In this document: one piece after another, positions 34,861 to 43,843 of the stretch | Numbering within the stretch: the stretch's first letter is position 1 | Layout: each line of letters opens with the position of its first letter | Virus record (IMG/VR): IMGVR_UViG_3300032047_002388 | Span: 64,140-128,139 of that record | Reading direction: 5' to 3' (one strand) | DNA: 64,000 bases | DNA from: a virus | Translations under genes and position numbers: made by a program | Notes under the pieces: model-generated | Told to the model about the DNA's origin: nothing | What the model saw: the letters and a program-made list of their open reading frames with translations, nothing else | Database searches by the model: none

Positions 34861-35328
34861 ATGAATATAGAATTTAATAAAGGATATGTATATGAAAGTG
34901 GTTCAACAGTAGAGTGGCCACTTCATTCACAAATAGTTGAACAAAGATTAAACCTAACCTCTTCAATTAATGAAGTCGGTGATGAATATTTAGTATCACA
35001 TAGTTATTTTCCATTAGTTGAACTTTTACCTACTTCACATTCTGAAGAACAAATACCAGACCCTTCAACAGATGTAGAAAAAAGTGGTTCAACTTATTAT
35101 ATAAACTATACACTTAGAGATAAAACTTCTGATGAACTTACTATACATTATAATCATGGTTGGCAAGATGTTAGAACCAAAAGAACACGACTGTTAGACC
35201 AGAGTGATTATATGGGAAATAGTGATTACCCAATTACAGAAGAATGGAGAACATATAGACAGGCATTAAGAGATATTACAAATCAATCATCTCCATTTAC
35301 TATTACATGGCCAACTAAACCAGAATAA
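34861..35328 (+). CDS. Tail fibre assembly chaperone
   Basis: W..VR..R..LL.QSD...D.P....WRTYRQALRDIT.Q...I.WP.KP motif. Confidence 0.88.
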   Translation: MNIEFNKGYVYESGSTVEWPLHSQIVEQRLNLTSSINEVGDEYLVSHSYFPLVELLPTSHSEEQIPDPSTDVEKSGSTYYINYTLRDKTSDELTIHYNHGWQDVRTKRTRLLDQSDYMGNSDYPITEEWRTYRQALRDITNQSSPFTITWPTKPE

Positions 35329-35329
35329 A

Positions 35330-35557
35330 ATGACAGAATTAAAAGTAGAAGTTACAAATAATAATAACCAAACAGTAACTCACTTCATTACTAATGAATC
35401 AGAAATGTGGCAACCACAAATTCAAGATGAAATAGATTCATATATGATGCAGTATGTAAACAAATTTAATGAGACTAATGAAAAACATAATATTTATTTA
35501 AAATCATTAAAAATTTATTATGGGGATGACCTTATAAGAAATATCACTAAAAATTAA
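35330..35557 (+). CDS. Hypothetical protein
   Basis: 75-aa ORF tightly packed in the operon. Confidence 0.6.
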   Translation: MTELKVEVTNNNNQTVTHFITNESEMWQPQIQDEIDSYMMQYVNKFNETNEKHNIYLKSLKIYYGDDLIRNITKN

Positions 35558-35561
35558 TACA

Positions 35562-36551
35562 TTGAAATTATTAGTAACAACTGGTTTTGGAAATATTATA
35601 CAAGGTGGTGCAGATATTTGGGTAAATCATTTTATCAATTTAATACTACCACAACTTTCCGATGATTATTTTATATTTGTAGATGGGAGGAGACCCGAAG
35701 GATTTGAAACGTCACTAACAAACTACCACTTTCATTACGATGATTGGATTAAATCAGAAAAGTTATTAGAAGATTGTGAAGAAATTCACTTCTTACATGC
35801 AAACTATCACAAAAGAGAACACTTTTGGAAACATAAAGATAAGTGGGGTAATATATTTGTACATGCATATTTACCTGATATGTTAAAATATGGAGACTCA
35901 GTAAAACAATTCAATACTAATGTAAATGAAGATGATTTCTATGAACTACTTCATTATTGTAAAAAAAGAATTTGGATAGGAAATAACGATTCTCAATTAT
36001 TTAAAGATTATCCAACAAATACACACACAGTAACTAACTTTTATGAATTCAAACAAGATAAACTAATAAATGTTAATAGTAAGAAAGTTGCATTTACATC
36101 ACGAATTGAATCAAGAAAAAACGTACATTATTTAGATGGTATTGAGGGATTGGTATTATCAAATCAATATGATTGGAAAAATATAACAGAAACAACAGAT
36201 TATGATTTTTCAAAAATAAAATTTTATCAATGGGATATAAACATTCATGAAAACTTTATGAATTTAGATTGGGGAATTGCACATTGTTGTCATACTAACG
36301 AACCTTTTGGATATAATATATTTCAAGCAGTAGATTGGGGTAAATTACCAATCATACATACTGATTGGGGTGATGTAGATTATCGATATAAAGCAAATGA
36401 TAAACAAAGTTTTGGATATGCATATGGAAATATTCTAAGAGATACTCCAATGCAAAGAACAAAAGAATTTATGAAATTGAAAAAATATCTTAAAAAGTTC
36501 GATAATAAAGAAACTTGGACAAAAAAAATTATCGTTTTCTTTAATTCGTAA
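35562..36551 (+). CDS. Glycosyltransferase, GT-B (GT4-like)
   Basis: N-terminal GGADIWV, R.E.RKN and EPFGY.IFQAVD.GKLPI (EX7E-like region); TTG start. Confidence 0.7.
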   Translation: MKLLVTTGFGNIIQGGADIWVNHFINLILPQLSDDYFIFVDGRRPEGFETSLTNYHFHYDDWIKSEKLLEDCEEIHFLHANYHKREHFWKHKDKWGNIFVHAYLPDMLKYGDSVKQFNTNVNEDDFYELLHYCKKRIWIGNNDSQLFKDYPTNTHTVTNFYEFKQDKLINVNSKKVAFTSRIESRKNVHYLDGIEGLVLSNQYDWKNITETTDYDFSKIKFYQWDINIHENFMNLDWGIAHCCHTNEPFGYNIFQAVDWGKLPIIHTDWGDVDYRYKANDKQSFGYAYGNILRDTPMQRTKEFMKLKKYLKKFDNKETWTKKIIVFFNS

Positions 36552-36555
36552 TATA

Positions 36556-36563
36556 TATTTATA
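36556..36563 (+). promoter_or_regulatory. Putative late promoter TATTTATA heading the glycan cluster
   Basis: Recurrent motif upstream of ATG 36579. Confidence 0.7.
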
Positions 36564-36578
36564 TACGAACATTGTTAC

Positions 36579-37361
36579 ATGGGTCTTATAAATTATAATT
36601 TGGTAAAAGATTTTTTTACCAACAATCAATCAAACAAACTTGATAAGGACGGTAAATCATATACCGAACTTACACCTGTTAAATATAGGTGGACACATGG
36701 TGCAACAGATAAATATCTTGGAGATGGTTTACTAGTGTATTCGATAATCCAATTTATGAAGTATAAAACATGCGTGTGTTTGGGAAGTGGTGGTGGATTT
36801 ATTCCAAGAATTATTTCTCAGGCAAGACTTGATTTACACGATGTAGATATATTTGATGGTTCTAAGGCTATGGAATATGGTGATTGTGGTACAACTATTT
36901 TAGTTGATGCCAACAATGGAGTAAATGGAAAACCAGATTGGATTGATAATGATTCATTCTTTAGAAAAAGTTTTCCATGTAGAATCATATTAGAAACTAC
37001 TGAAACTGCATATTACAATTATTTTGTTAAAGAAGATATAAAGATAGATTATTTACATATCGATGCAGGACATTCATTTGAAGATGTTGAACGAGATTTC
37101 AATTTATACTCTAAAAGGTTAAACGAAGGGGGTATGATTGCAATACATGATACAGATAAATCATATGAAGTAAATCATATTATACCAAATGATATAGATG
37201 AAAAATATCATCAAACATATTCTTTTGGCCCTAACATGCTTATAAAAGAATTACAAAAAAATAAAGAATGGGAAGTTTTCAATTTCTTCAATCACAAACC
37301 AAAGGCGAACCATCCATCATCGACGGGTCTAACTTTTTTACAGAAGAGGAAGATAAGATAA
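36579..37361 (+). CDS. Class I SAM-dependent methyltransferase (Methyltransf_24-like)
   Basis: VCLGSGGG, IDYLHIDAGHSFEDV..DF and GG.IAIHD. Confidence 0.85.
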   Translation: MGLINYNLVKDFFTNNQSNKLDKDGKSYTELTPVKYRWTHGATDKYLGDGLLVYSIIQFMKYKTCVCLGSGGGFIPRIISQARLDLHDVDIFDGSKAMEYGDCGTTILVDANNGVNGKPDWIDNDSFFRKSFPCRIILETTETAYYNYFVKEDIKIDYLHIDAGHSFEDVERDFNLYSKRLNEGGMIAIHDTDKSYEVNHIIPNDIDEKYHQTYSFGPNMLIKELQKNKEWEVFNFFNHKPKANHPSSTGLTFLQKRKIR

Positions 37362-38203
37362 ATTTGGTTACTGTTGTTGGTCATAACATTACGATGTTAC
37401 CTCATATGCTAAATCACTACAAAGATATAGTAGATGATGTATATGTAGTTGTTTACAGACAGCATGAAGATGATGGTATATTAGAAGAGATTGAGAAACT
37501 AGGAATAACTCCATATAAAATTGTTACTGAACCAAAATTTAATTGGCAGAAAGTAACTGATTTATATAATGAAGTTAAAATGACCAAACCAGAAAGTTGG
37601 TGGGTAGTATCAGATGATGATGAGATTCATGTATATCCCAAACCTCTCAGAGAAATGATTGAAGAGTGTGAAGAAAATGGATGGGAGTTTATAACTGGTG
37701 GTTTTTTAGATAGAATTGGAGAAGATGGAACTTTTCCAAAAATAGATAATACAACTAATATATGGGAAAGTTTTCCATATAGTGGTTTTTTTAGGTATCC
37801 ACTTAGTGGGGCCTGTCCCAATAAATGTTGTGTAATGAAGGGGAAAATTCATGTAACAAATGGCCAACATTATGCAATCGTAGATGGGAATCATGTGTGG
37901 GGTGAAGAGGGTGCAAAACATCCTCTTCGTTACCCACCTGGTAGAGGTGAAGGATTTATACAAGTTCATCACTTCAAATGGGATTCAACTGTTTTAGAAC
38001 GATTAAAAGAAGTTTCAGAAACAGAAGAAGATTACACTTTTTGGAAAGAATACAAAAAGATGTATGAGGCAATCAGAGATACTGATTGGAAAATAAATAT
38101 TGATGAACCAAAGTTTGGTTTGGTAAAACAAGTACCATTCGAAAATGAACATTGGGATTATCAATATTGGAATAGATTAACAAAAGGAATAATTAAAGTT
38201 TAA
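37268..38203 (+). CDS. GT-A fold glycosyltransferase (GT2-like); true start probably near 37358-37364
   Basis: LPHMLNHY, WWVVSDDDE (DxD), G.FLDR and VHHFKW. Confidence 0.7.
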   Translation: MGSFQFLQSQTKGEPSIIDGSNFFTEEEDKINLVTVVGHNITMLPHMLNHYKDIVDDVYVVVYRQHEDDGILEEIEKLGITPYKIVTEPKFNWQKVTDLYNEVKMTKPESWWVVSDDDEIHVYPKPLREMIEECEENGWEFITGGFLDRIGEDGTFPKIDNTTNIWESFPYSGFFRYPLSGACPNKCCVMKGKIHVTNGQHYAIVDGNHVWGEEGAKHPLRYPPGRGEGFIQVHHFKWDSTVLERLKEVSETEEDYTFWKEYKKMYEAIRDTDWKINIDEPKFGLVKQVPFENEHWDYQYWNRLTKGIIKV

Positions 38204-38207
38204 AATT

Positions 38208-38387
38208 ATGGCAAAGAACGAAACAGAAAAAGTACTTGAAGAAAGAAAAATTAAGGCGTTAGAAAAAATTGCTAACTCTTTAGATGCACTTACTCTATGG
38301 TTTGAAGAAATCGATAAAGATGAGTGGGGGCCAAGAATCGAGTGGTATCTTTCAATGTGGAAAGAGAAGTTTATAGATGAGGAGTAA
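38208..38387 (+). CDS. Small hypothetical protein (59 aa, not in the ORF track)
   Basis: MAKNETEKVLEERKIKALEKIANSLDALTLWFEE...FIDEE*; fills the gap and overlaps the next start. Confidence 0.7.
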   Translation: MAKNETEKVLEERKIKALEKIANSLDALTLWFEEIDKDEWGPRIEWYLSMWKEKFIDEE

Positions 38388-39810
38388 ACTAGGTGTAATA
38401 GTACCATATAGAAATAGGTCAACACATCTTGATAAGTTTTTAAAACAAACACCAAAAAAGTTAAAAGAACAAGAAATCGATTTTGAAATTATCGTTGTTG
38501 AACAAGCAGATGATAAACCATTTAATCGAGGAAAGTTACTTAACATTGGTGTAAAAGAAGCAAAAGAAAGAGGTTGTACCTATGTTGCTCTACATGATGT
38601 GGATATGATACCATTACGCGTTGATTACTCATCAGTTGATAGACCAACTCACCTTGCAACACATTTTACATCATATCATGGAGAAAAAAGAATTATATTC
38701 GATGAATATTTCGGAGGTGTAACTCTTTTTCCTATCCTAGATTACTACAAAGTAAATGGATACTCAAATAATTATTGGGGATGGGGATATGAAGATGATG
38801 ATTTGATGTATCGTTGTAGAGAAAACTATATGGATTTTAACACCAAACAAATACCAATCAAAACAACTAATTCAGCTGGATTAGTTTTTAATGGAGTTGA
38901 CTCTCATGTAAAAATTCCAAAACCATATCAATTCGATAACTATACAATATTATTAACATTTGAACCTGATGCAATAGAATGTGATGATGAACGAGCAATA
39001 GATGAATATTCTATTTTATCAGTAGCTGGTTACGATATGGGGTTTTCATATAACTCATTTAAAAGATACAAATTTGAAACATTTACAACAAAGAAAGAAT
39101 GTATAAGTTTAAAATCTGTAATCACAGAACCTAAGAGAACTACTCTAATGGTTGTGGTAGACCAGTATAATAAATTTTTAAAATTTTATCAAGATGGTGA
39201 GTTAATTGATGAAGCCGAATACGATGGAAGATTACTTCAGTATAATAAACAAAAATTTATACATCTTGGACAAACTCCTCAAGCAAATCACAATAATAGG
39301 AGACCATTTAAGGGTAGAATTGATTATCTTGCTATTTGGAATCATTCTTTAGAAGAAGGACAAGTAGATTCAATTTATAAAAACCTACCTCTTGGTGTAC
39401 TTGAAAACTTTGATGGATATACAACTTCACATTGTTTAGAAGCTGTTTATGATGCAAAGGCATCTACATATCACAAACTTATTGATTTAAGTGATAATAA
39501 TAGACATGGAAAAATTCATCATTGTGATAGAAAACCTATTTATCATGAAGAAGATTTTACTGAAATTGCAGTGCCATGGAGAAGAGAAGGTACATTTTTA
39601 TTATTACCTCATGCAGATAATGGATTTTATGAAAACAAATGGATTTATACCGAAACTAGAAAAAATCAAGTTAGATTTTACAATAAAGTTTTAAAAGGAA
39701 AAACAAATTGGAGAAGAGATGGTATGGATATGTTAAAATATAAATTAATGAGTAACACCGATATAGGAGGAGAAGATTATAGTGGAGTTATGTTATCTTG
39801 TGTATTATGA
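38377..39810 (+). CDS. GT7 (beta-1,4-galactosyltransferase-like) glycosyltransferase with inserted LamG domain
   Basis: IVPYRNR..HL, FNRG.L.N.G, HDVD, YFGGV and NGYSN.YWGWG.EDDD, then LamG-like FNG...F.GRID.LAIWN..L. Confidence 0.85.
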   Translation: MRSKLGVIVPYRNRSTHLDKFLKQTPKKLKEQEIDFEIIVVEQADDKPFNRGKLLNIGVKEAKERGCTYVALHDVDMIPLRVDYSSVDRPTHLATHFTSYHGEKRIIFDEYFGGVTLFPILDYYKVNGYSNNYWGWGYEDDDLMYRCRENYMDFNTKQIPIKTTNSAGLVFNGVDSHVKIPKPYQFDNYTILLTFEPDAIECDDERAIDEYSILSVAGYDMGFSYNSFKRYKFETFTTKKECISLKSVITEPKRTTLMVVVDQYNKFLKFYQDGELIDEAEYDGRLLQYNKQKFIHLGQTPQANHNNRRPFKGRIDYLAIWNHSLEEGQVDSIYKNLPLGVLENFDGYTTSHCLEAVYDAKASTYHKLIDLSDNNRHGKIHHCDRKPIYHEEDFTEIAVPWRREGTFLLLPHADNGFYENKWIYTETRKNQVRFYNKVLKGKTNWRRDGMDMLKYKLMSNTDIGGEDYSGVMLSCVL

Positions 39811-40217
39811 TGAGTATGTATAAAACAGGTGTAATTGCAGGTAACTTCGATGTTATACATCCAGGTTATATAAAAATGTTTAAAGAATGTAAATCATATT
39901 GTCAACAATTTATAATTCTTCTACATACAGACCCATCAATTGAAAGGCCGGAAAAATTAAAACCAATTCTTACTAAAGAAGAAAGAACAGAAGTTCTAAC
40001 TTCAATAAAGTATATAGATGGAATTGCATATTATACTTATGAAAAGGAGTTGGTAGAACTATTAAAAAGATTATCACCAGATATCAGATTTTTAGGAGAT
40101 GATTATCGAGGTAGAACCTACACTGGTTTTGAATTAGATATTCCAGTCCACTATCTAAACAGAGACCATGGGTGGAGTACAACCAAGTTTAAAAAACTAA
40201 TTGCAGATACGATATGA
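39798..40217 (+). CDS. Cytidylyl/adenylyltransferase (TagD/RfaE-II-like, HxGH superfamily)
   Basis: AGNFDVIHPGY, KP....ER, GDDY and R.HGWSTT. Confidence 0.85.
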   Translation: MCIMMSMYKTGVIAGNFDVIHPGYIKMFKECKSYCQQFIILLHTDPSIERPEKLKPILTKEERTEVLTSIKYIDGIAYYTYEKELVELLKRLSPDIRFLGDDYRGRTYTGFELDIPVHYLNRDHGWSTTKFKKLIADTI

Positions 40218-41680
40218 AACTAGGTGTATGTGTACCATATAGAAACAGAGAAGCTCACTTAAAAGAGTTTATACCAACGATTGGAGAGTATTTAGAATCA
40301 CAAGGTATTGAGTATGGAATTTACTTAGGACATCAATGTGATGAACATTTATTCAATAGAGGTGCTATGAAAAATGTTGCAGCAAAACACGCATTTGAAG
40401 ATGGTTGTGATTATATTGTTTGGCATGATATCGATATGATACCAGAAGAAGGATGTGATTATTCTTTTCCAAAAGAACATCCTATACATATTGCAACAAG
40501 TATATCTCAAATGGATTACAAATTAAAATATCAAGAATACTTTGGTGGAGCAGTTTTATTTTCAAAAGAACAAGTAGAGGCAACAAATGGATACTCAAAT
40601 GATTATTGGGATTGGGGTATGGAAGATGATGATTTATTTTGGAGATGTGTTCTTGAAGGATATGCAAACGATTCTTATATGAAATATACTTCTGCAGAAC
40701 AAAATTATTTTCACTTTAATGGAAAAAATTCTTTCATAGATATTGAAACAACTCCTACTTTACGAAACTTAACATCCAAATCACATACAGTTTCAGTATT
40801 AGTTAGAGCAAATCAACAAGAAGAAAAAGTTCCTATTTGGTTAGTTGGTGATGAAGATAGAAGATTTTGTGAATATCCAATACTTCGTAGACCTGGTTAC
40901 GATTGGGGATTAAGTTATAACAACTCAAGAGCATACACAGGTATATTGTGGAATCATAAAGTTGAAAATTATTATCAATGGATGAAACGATATGAAAACC
41001 AATGGAGTTGGGTAACACTATCAGTAGATACAGTTAATAATAAAATACATTTTTACTTAAATGGTAAAGAATCAGATGCAAGACATGGCCATGGTACTCA
41101 TTCACCACAATCATTTGAAGGTAAATTAAAAAGATATGGTTCTGCACCTTATTTTATTGGAACAACAACTTCTGCTAAAGAAAACGATGTAAATAAATTC
41201 TTCAAAGGTGATATTGCTAAAGTAATGATGTGGGATAGAAAATTAGAAGAAAGTGAAATTCAAAATATATATAAAAGACCAATAAGAGATGGTTTAAAAC
41301 TATTCTATGATTTTAATTCTGGTACTGCAAAAGATTTGAGTGGTAATGATAATCATGGAAGAATTGTTAATTGTCAAAAAAACAGAGGTGTAATAAAAAT
41401 ACCTTACACAATTATACCTCATAGAACACCTGGTAGATTAAAATGTTTACCTCATAAAGATGAAGGATTGACAAAAGATGAAAATGGAAATCAAATATGG
41501 GCAAAGGGTGAAACAACTGCAAGAAACGAAAGAAGATATGTTTTACAAATGCAACAAGGTACATGGGATTATAAATCAGATGGTATTAAACAACTAGAAT
41601 ATGAATTACTAGAAGTTAAACATATTAATGCAAAGTACAACGCAAAACTTATAAATGTTAAATTAGATGGCAGAAAATAA
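40214..41680 (+). CDS. Second GT7-like glycosyltransferase with inserted LamG domain
   Basis: VPYRNRE.HL, FNRG..KN, HDID, YFGG and NGYSNDYWDWGMEDDD; LamG-like W..VT....FYLNG, FKG.I..V..WDR.L and DLSGN.NHG. Confidence 0.85.
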   Translation: MKLGVCVPYRNREAHLKEFIPTIGEYLESQGIEYGIYLGHQCDEHLFNRGAMKNVAAKHAFEDGCDYIVWHDIDMIPEEGCDYSFPKEHPIHIATSISQMDYKLKYQEYFGGAVLFSKEQVEATNGYSNDYWDWGMEDDDLFWRCVLEGYANDSYMKYTSAEQNYFHFNGKNSFIDIETTPTLRNLTSKSHTVSVLVRANQQEEKVPIWLVGDEDRRFCEYPILRRPGYDWGLSYNNSRAYTGILWNHKVENYYQWMKRYENQWSWVTLSVDTVNNKIHFYLNGKESDARHGHGTHSPQSFEGKLKRYGSAPYFIGTTTSAKENDVNKFFKGDIAKVMMWDRKLEESEIQNIYKRPIRDGLKLFYDFNSGTAKDLSGNDNHGRIVNCQKNRGVIKIPYTIIPHRTPGRLKCLPHKDEGLTKDENGNQIWAKGETTARNERRYVLQMQQGTWDYKSDGIKQLEYELLEVKHINAKYNAKLINVKLDGRK

Positions 41681-43121
41681 CGAAACAAAATTAGAACAAG
41701 AAAAAGAGGTTAAAGGAACAATCGGTGGAGATAATCCTTTTTATCTTGGTGTACGAGATAAATTAAATTCAACTGGTTGTGGAATGTGTTTAGCAAAATG
41801 GACACAAGTTACACTTCATTTACAGTTAGGACATACTCATTCTTGTCACCACCCGAAAACACACCCTATTTCTACAAAAGAAATAAAAAGAAATCCATCT
41901 GCACTTCATAATACAAGGTATAAAAAACTTCGTAGAAAAGAAATGTTAGAAGGTGAAAGACCTGAAGAATGTGATTACTGTTGGGGAGTAGAGGATAACT
42001 CTGATAGATTTTCAGATAGAACTTTTAAATCTGGTGAATCATGGAGTTGGCCATTTGCTGATGAAATTCAAGCTTTAGATTGGAGAGCAGATTACAATCC
42101 AAAATATGTTGAGGTTGCATTCTCAAATGCTTGTAACTTTAAATGTTCGTATTGTGGCCCTGCGTTTTCAACACAACACATGCAAGAAATTGAAAAGTTT
42201 GGACCATATCCAACAACAGATAATTTTAATTCATTAGAGTGGGCAAGACAAGAAAACAAAATGCCAATTCCACAATCACAAGAAAATCCTTATGTAGAAG
42301 CTTTTTGGAAATGGTGGCCAGAATTATATAGAGATTTACATACCTTTAGAATTACTGGTGGTGAACCTTTAATGAGTAAAGATACATGGGAGGTATTAGA
42401 TTATATTATTAACGAACCAAACCCAAATAGAAACCTTAAACTAGCAATTAACTCAAATTTAGGTATACCTGATAAATTAGTTGATAGATTCATAGAAAAA
42501 ATTCAGAGAATATGTGATGAGGATAGAGTTGATGAGTTTATTATCTTTACTTCAGTTGATGGGTGGGGAGAACAAGCAGAATATGCAAGAAATGGATTGG
42601 TATTTAATAAGTTTTGGGATAATGTAAATAAACTTCTTACTAAATGTCCAAGAATTAATCTTACATTTATGGTTACTTATAATGCATTATCAGTACCAAC
42701 CTATGATAAGTTAATAGATGGGGTTTATGATTTAAAAAGAGAATATGGAACTTCAGATAGATATTGGAAATCAGCTGCATTCTTAGATACATCATATTTA
42801 AGATATCCTACACATCAAACAGTTCAAGTTTTACCAAAAGGATGGGAAAAGGCAGTTTATCAACAAGCAAAACAGGCAGATTTCTTGGGAGTACCTGTAT
42901 TTGATTATAGTTACATTGGATATTCTGATATTGAAATTCAAAAGATTAAAAGAACATATGATTGGATGAAGGCACCAGTCGATGAAAAGAGATTAAAAAC
43001 TCAGAGAAGAAACTTTGGACATTATTTTAGAGCACACGATGAAAGAAGAGGAACAGATTTTTGTAAAACGTTTCCAGAGTTTGCAGATTTTTACCACGAA
43101 TGTTTAGAAATTAAGTTATGA
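41667..43121 (+). CDS. Radical SAM protein with N-terminal twitch/SPASM-like Cys cluster
   Basis: CNFKCSYC and ITGGEPL; N-terminal C..KW...SCHH...CDYCW. Confidence 0.88.
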   Translation: MAENNETKLEQEKEVKGTIGGDNPFYLGVRDKLNSTGCGMCLAKWTQVTLHLQLGHTHSCHHPKTHPISTKEIKRNPSALHNTRYKKLRRKEMLEGERPEECDYCWGVEDNSDRFSDRTFKSGESWSWPFADEIQALDWRADYNPKYVEVAFSNACNFKCSYCGPAFSTQHMQEIEKFGPYPTTDNFNSLEWARQENKMPIPQSQENPYVEAFWKWWPELYRDLHTFRITGGEPLMSKDTWEVLDYIINEPNPNRNLKLAINSNLGIPDKLVDRFIEKIQRICDEDRVDEFIIFTSVDGWGEQAEYARNGLVFNKFWDNVNKLLTKCPRINLTFMVTYNALSVPTYDKLIDGVYDLKREYGTSDRYWKSAAFLDTSYLRYPTHQTVQVLPKGWEKAVYQQAKQADFLGVPVFDYSYIGYSDIEIQKIKRTYDWMKAPVDEKRLKTQRRNFGHYFRAHDERRGTDFCKTFPEFADFYHECLEIKL

Positions 43122-43843
43122 TAGAATTTAAAGGAGATAGTTGTTATTTCGTTGTACCAGAAAGTAAATACGGTCTTTCGGAAATAATACCAAAATATGT
43201 TACTGAAAACAACTTTACTTTTTGTATAGGTTGTAAACCAGATTGGAAAAATATGAAAGAAGGAGAGAATTCTGCAGAAGGAGGACTCCTAATGAAAAAT
43301 GGTCAACATATGGGATTATCTTGTTTTGTAAGTGGAGGAAAAAGATACTTTAGAGCAACTCTATGGGTGCAAGATAGAAAAGGATTCGTGAGTTGTGTAG
43401 AAAAACAATTACCAGTAACACATGAAGATGAAGATAAAGAATACTTCATATCGTTCAGACATGATTTAAGAAAAAAGAAAATTGTTATTGGTAACTATAA
43501 TCACTATGAAGAATTAGAATATCCTGCTGCATCACCAATCGATTATTCAAACTCTTGGTTGTGGGTTGGAGCAGCAAATGCATTTAATAGTTGTGCACCT
43601 GAACATAGACAATACTTTAGAGGTAGTATTAGTTACGTTAGTGTACATGCTGAATACTTAAGTAACTTAGATATCAAAAAGATGTATGGAAATATTACAT
43701 CCATATCAGAACTTAAAAAATTACAAAACGATAAAACAGTATTATTTTCAGATTTAAAAATAAAAACACCATATAAAGTGTTTGATAATAGTGATAATGG
43801 AAATCACTTAATTGTATATGATGAAGCATGGCTAGAGAGTTAA
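43118..43843 (+). CDS. Stand-alone LamG/concanavalin A-like domain protein
   Basis: F.G...., LWVG, FRGSI..V.V...YLS and D.SDNGNH resemble the LamG inserts in the neighbouring GT7 genes. Confidence 0.55.
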   Translation: MIEFKGDSCYFVVPESKYGLSEIIPKYVTENNFTFCIGCKPDWKNMKEGENSAEGGLLMKNGQHMGLSCFVSGGKRYFRATLWVQDRKGFVSCVEKQLPVTHEDEDKEYFISFRHDLRKKKIVIGNYNHYEELEYPAASPIDYSNSWLWVGAANAFNSCAPEHRQYFRGSISYVSVHAEYLSNLDIKKMYGNITSISELKKLQNDKTVLFSDLKIKTPYKVFDNSDNGNHLIVYDEAWLES

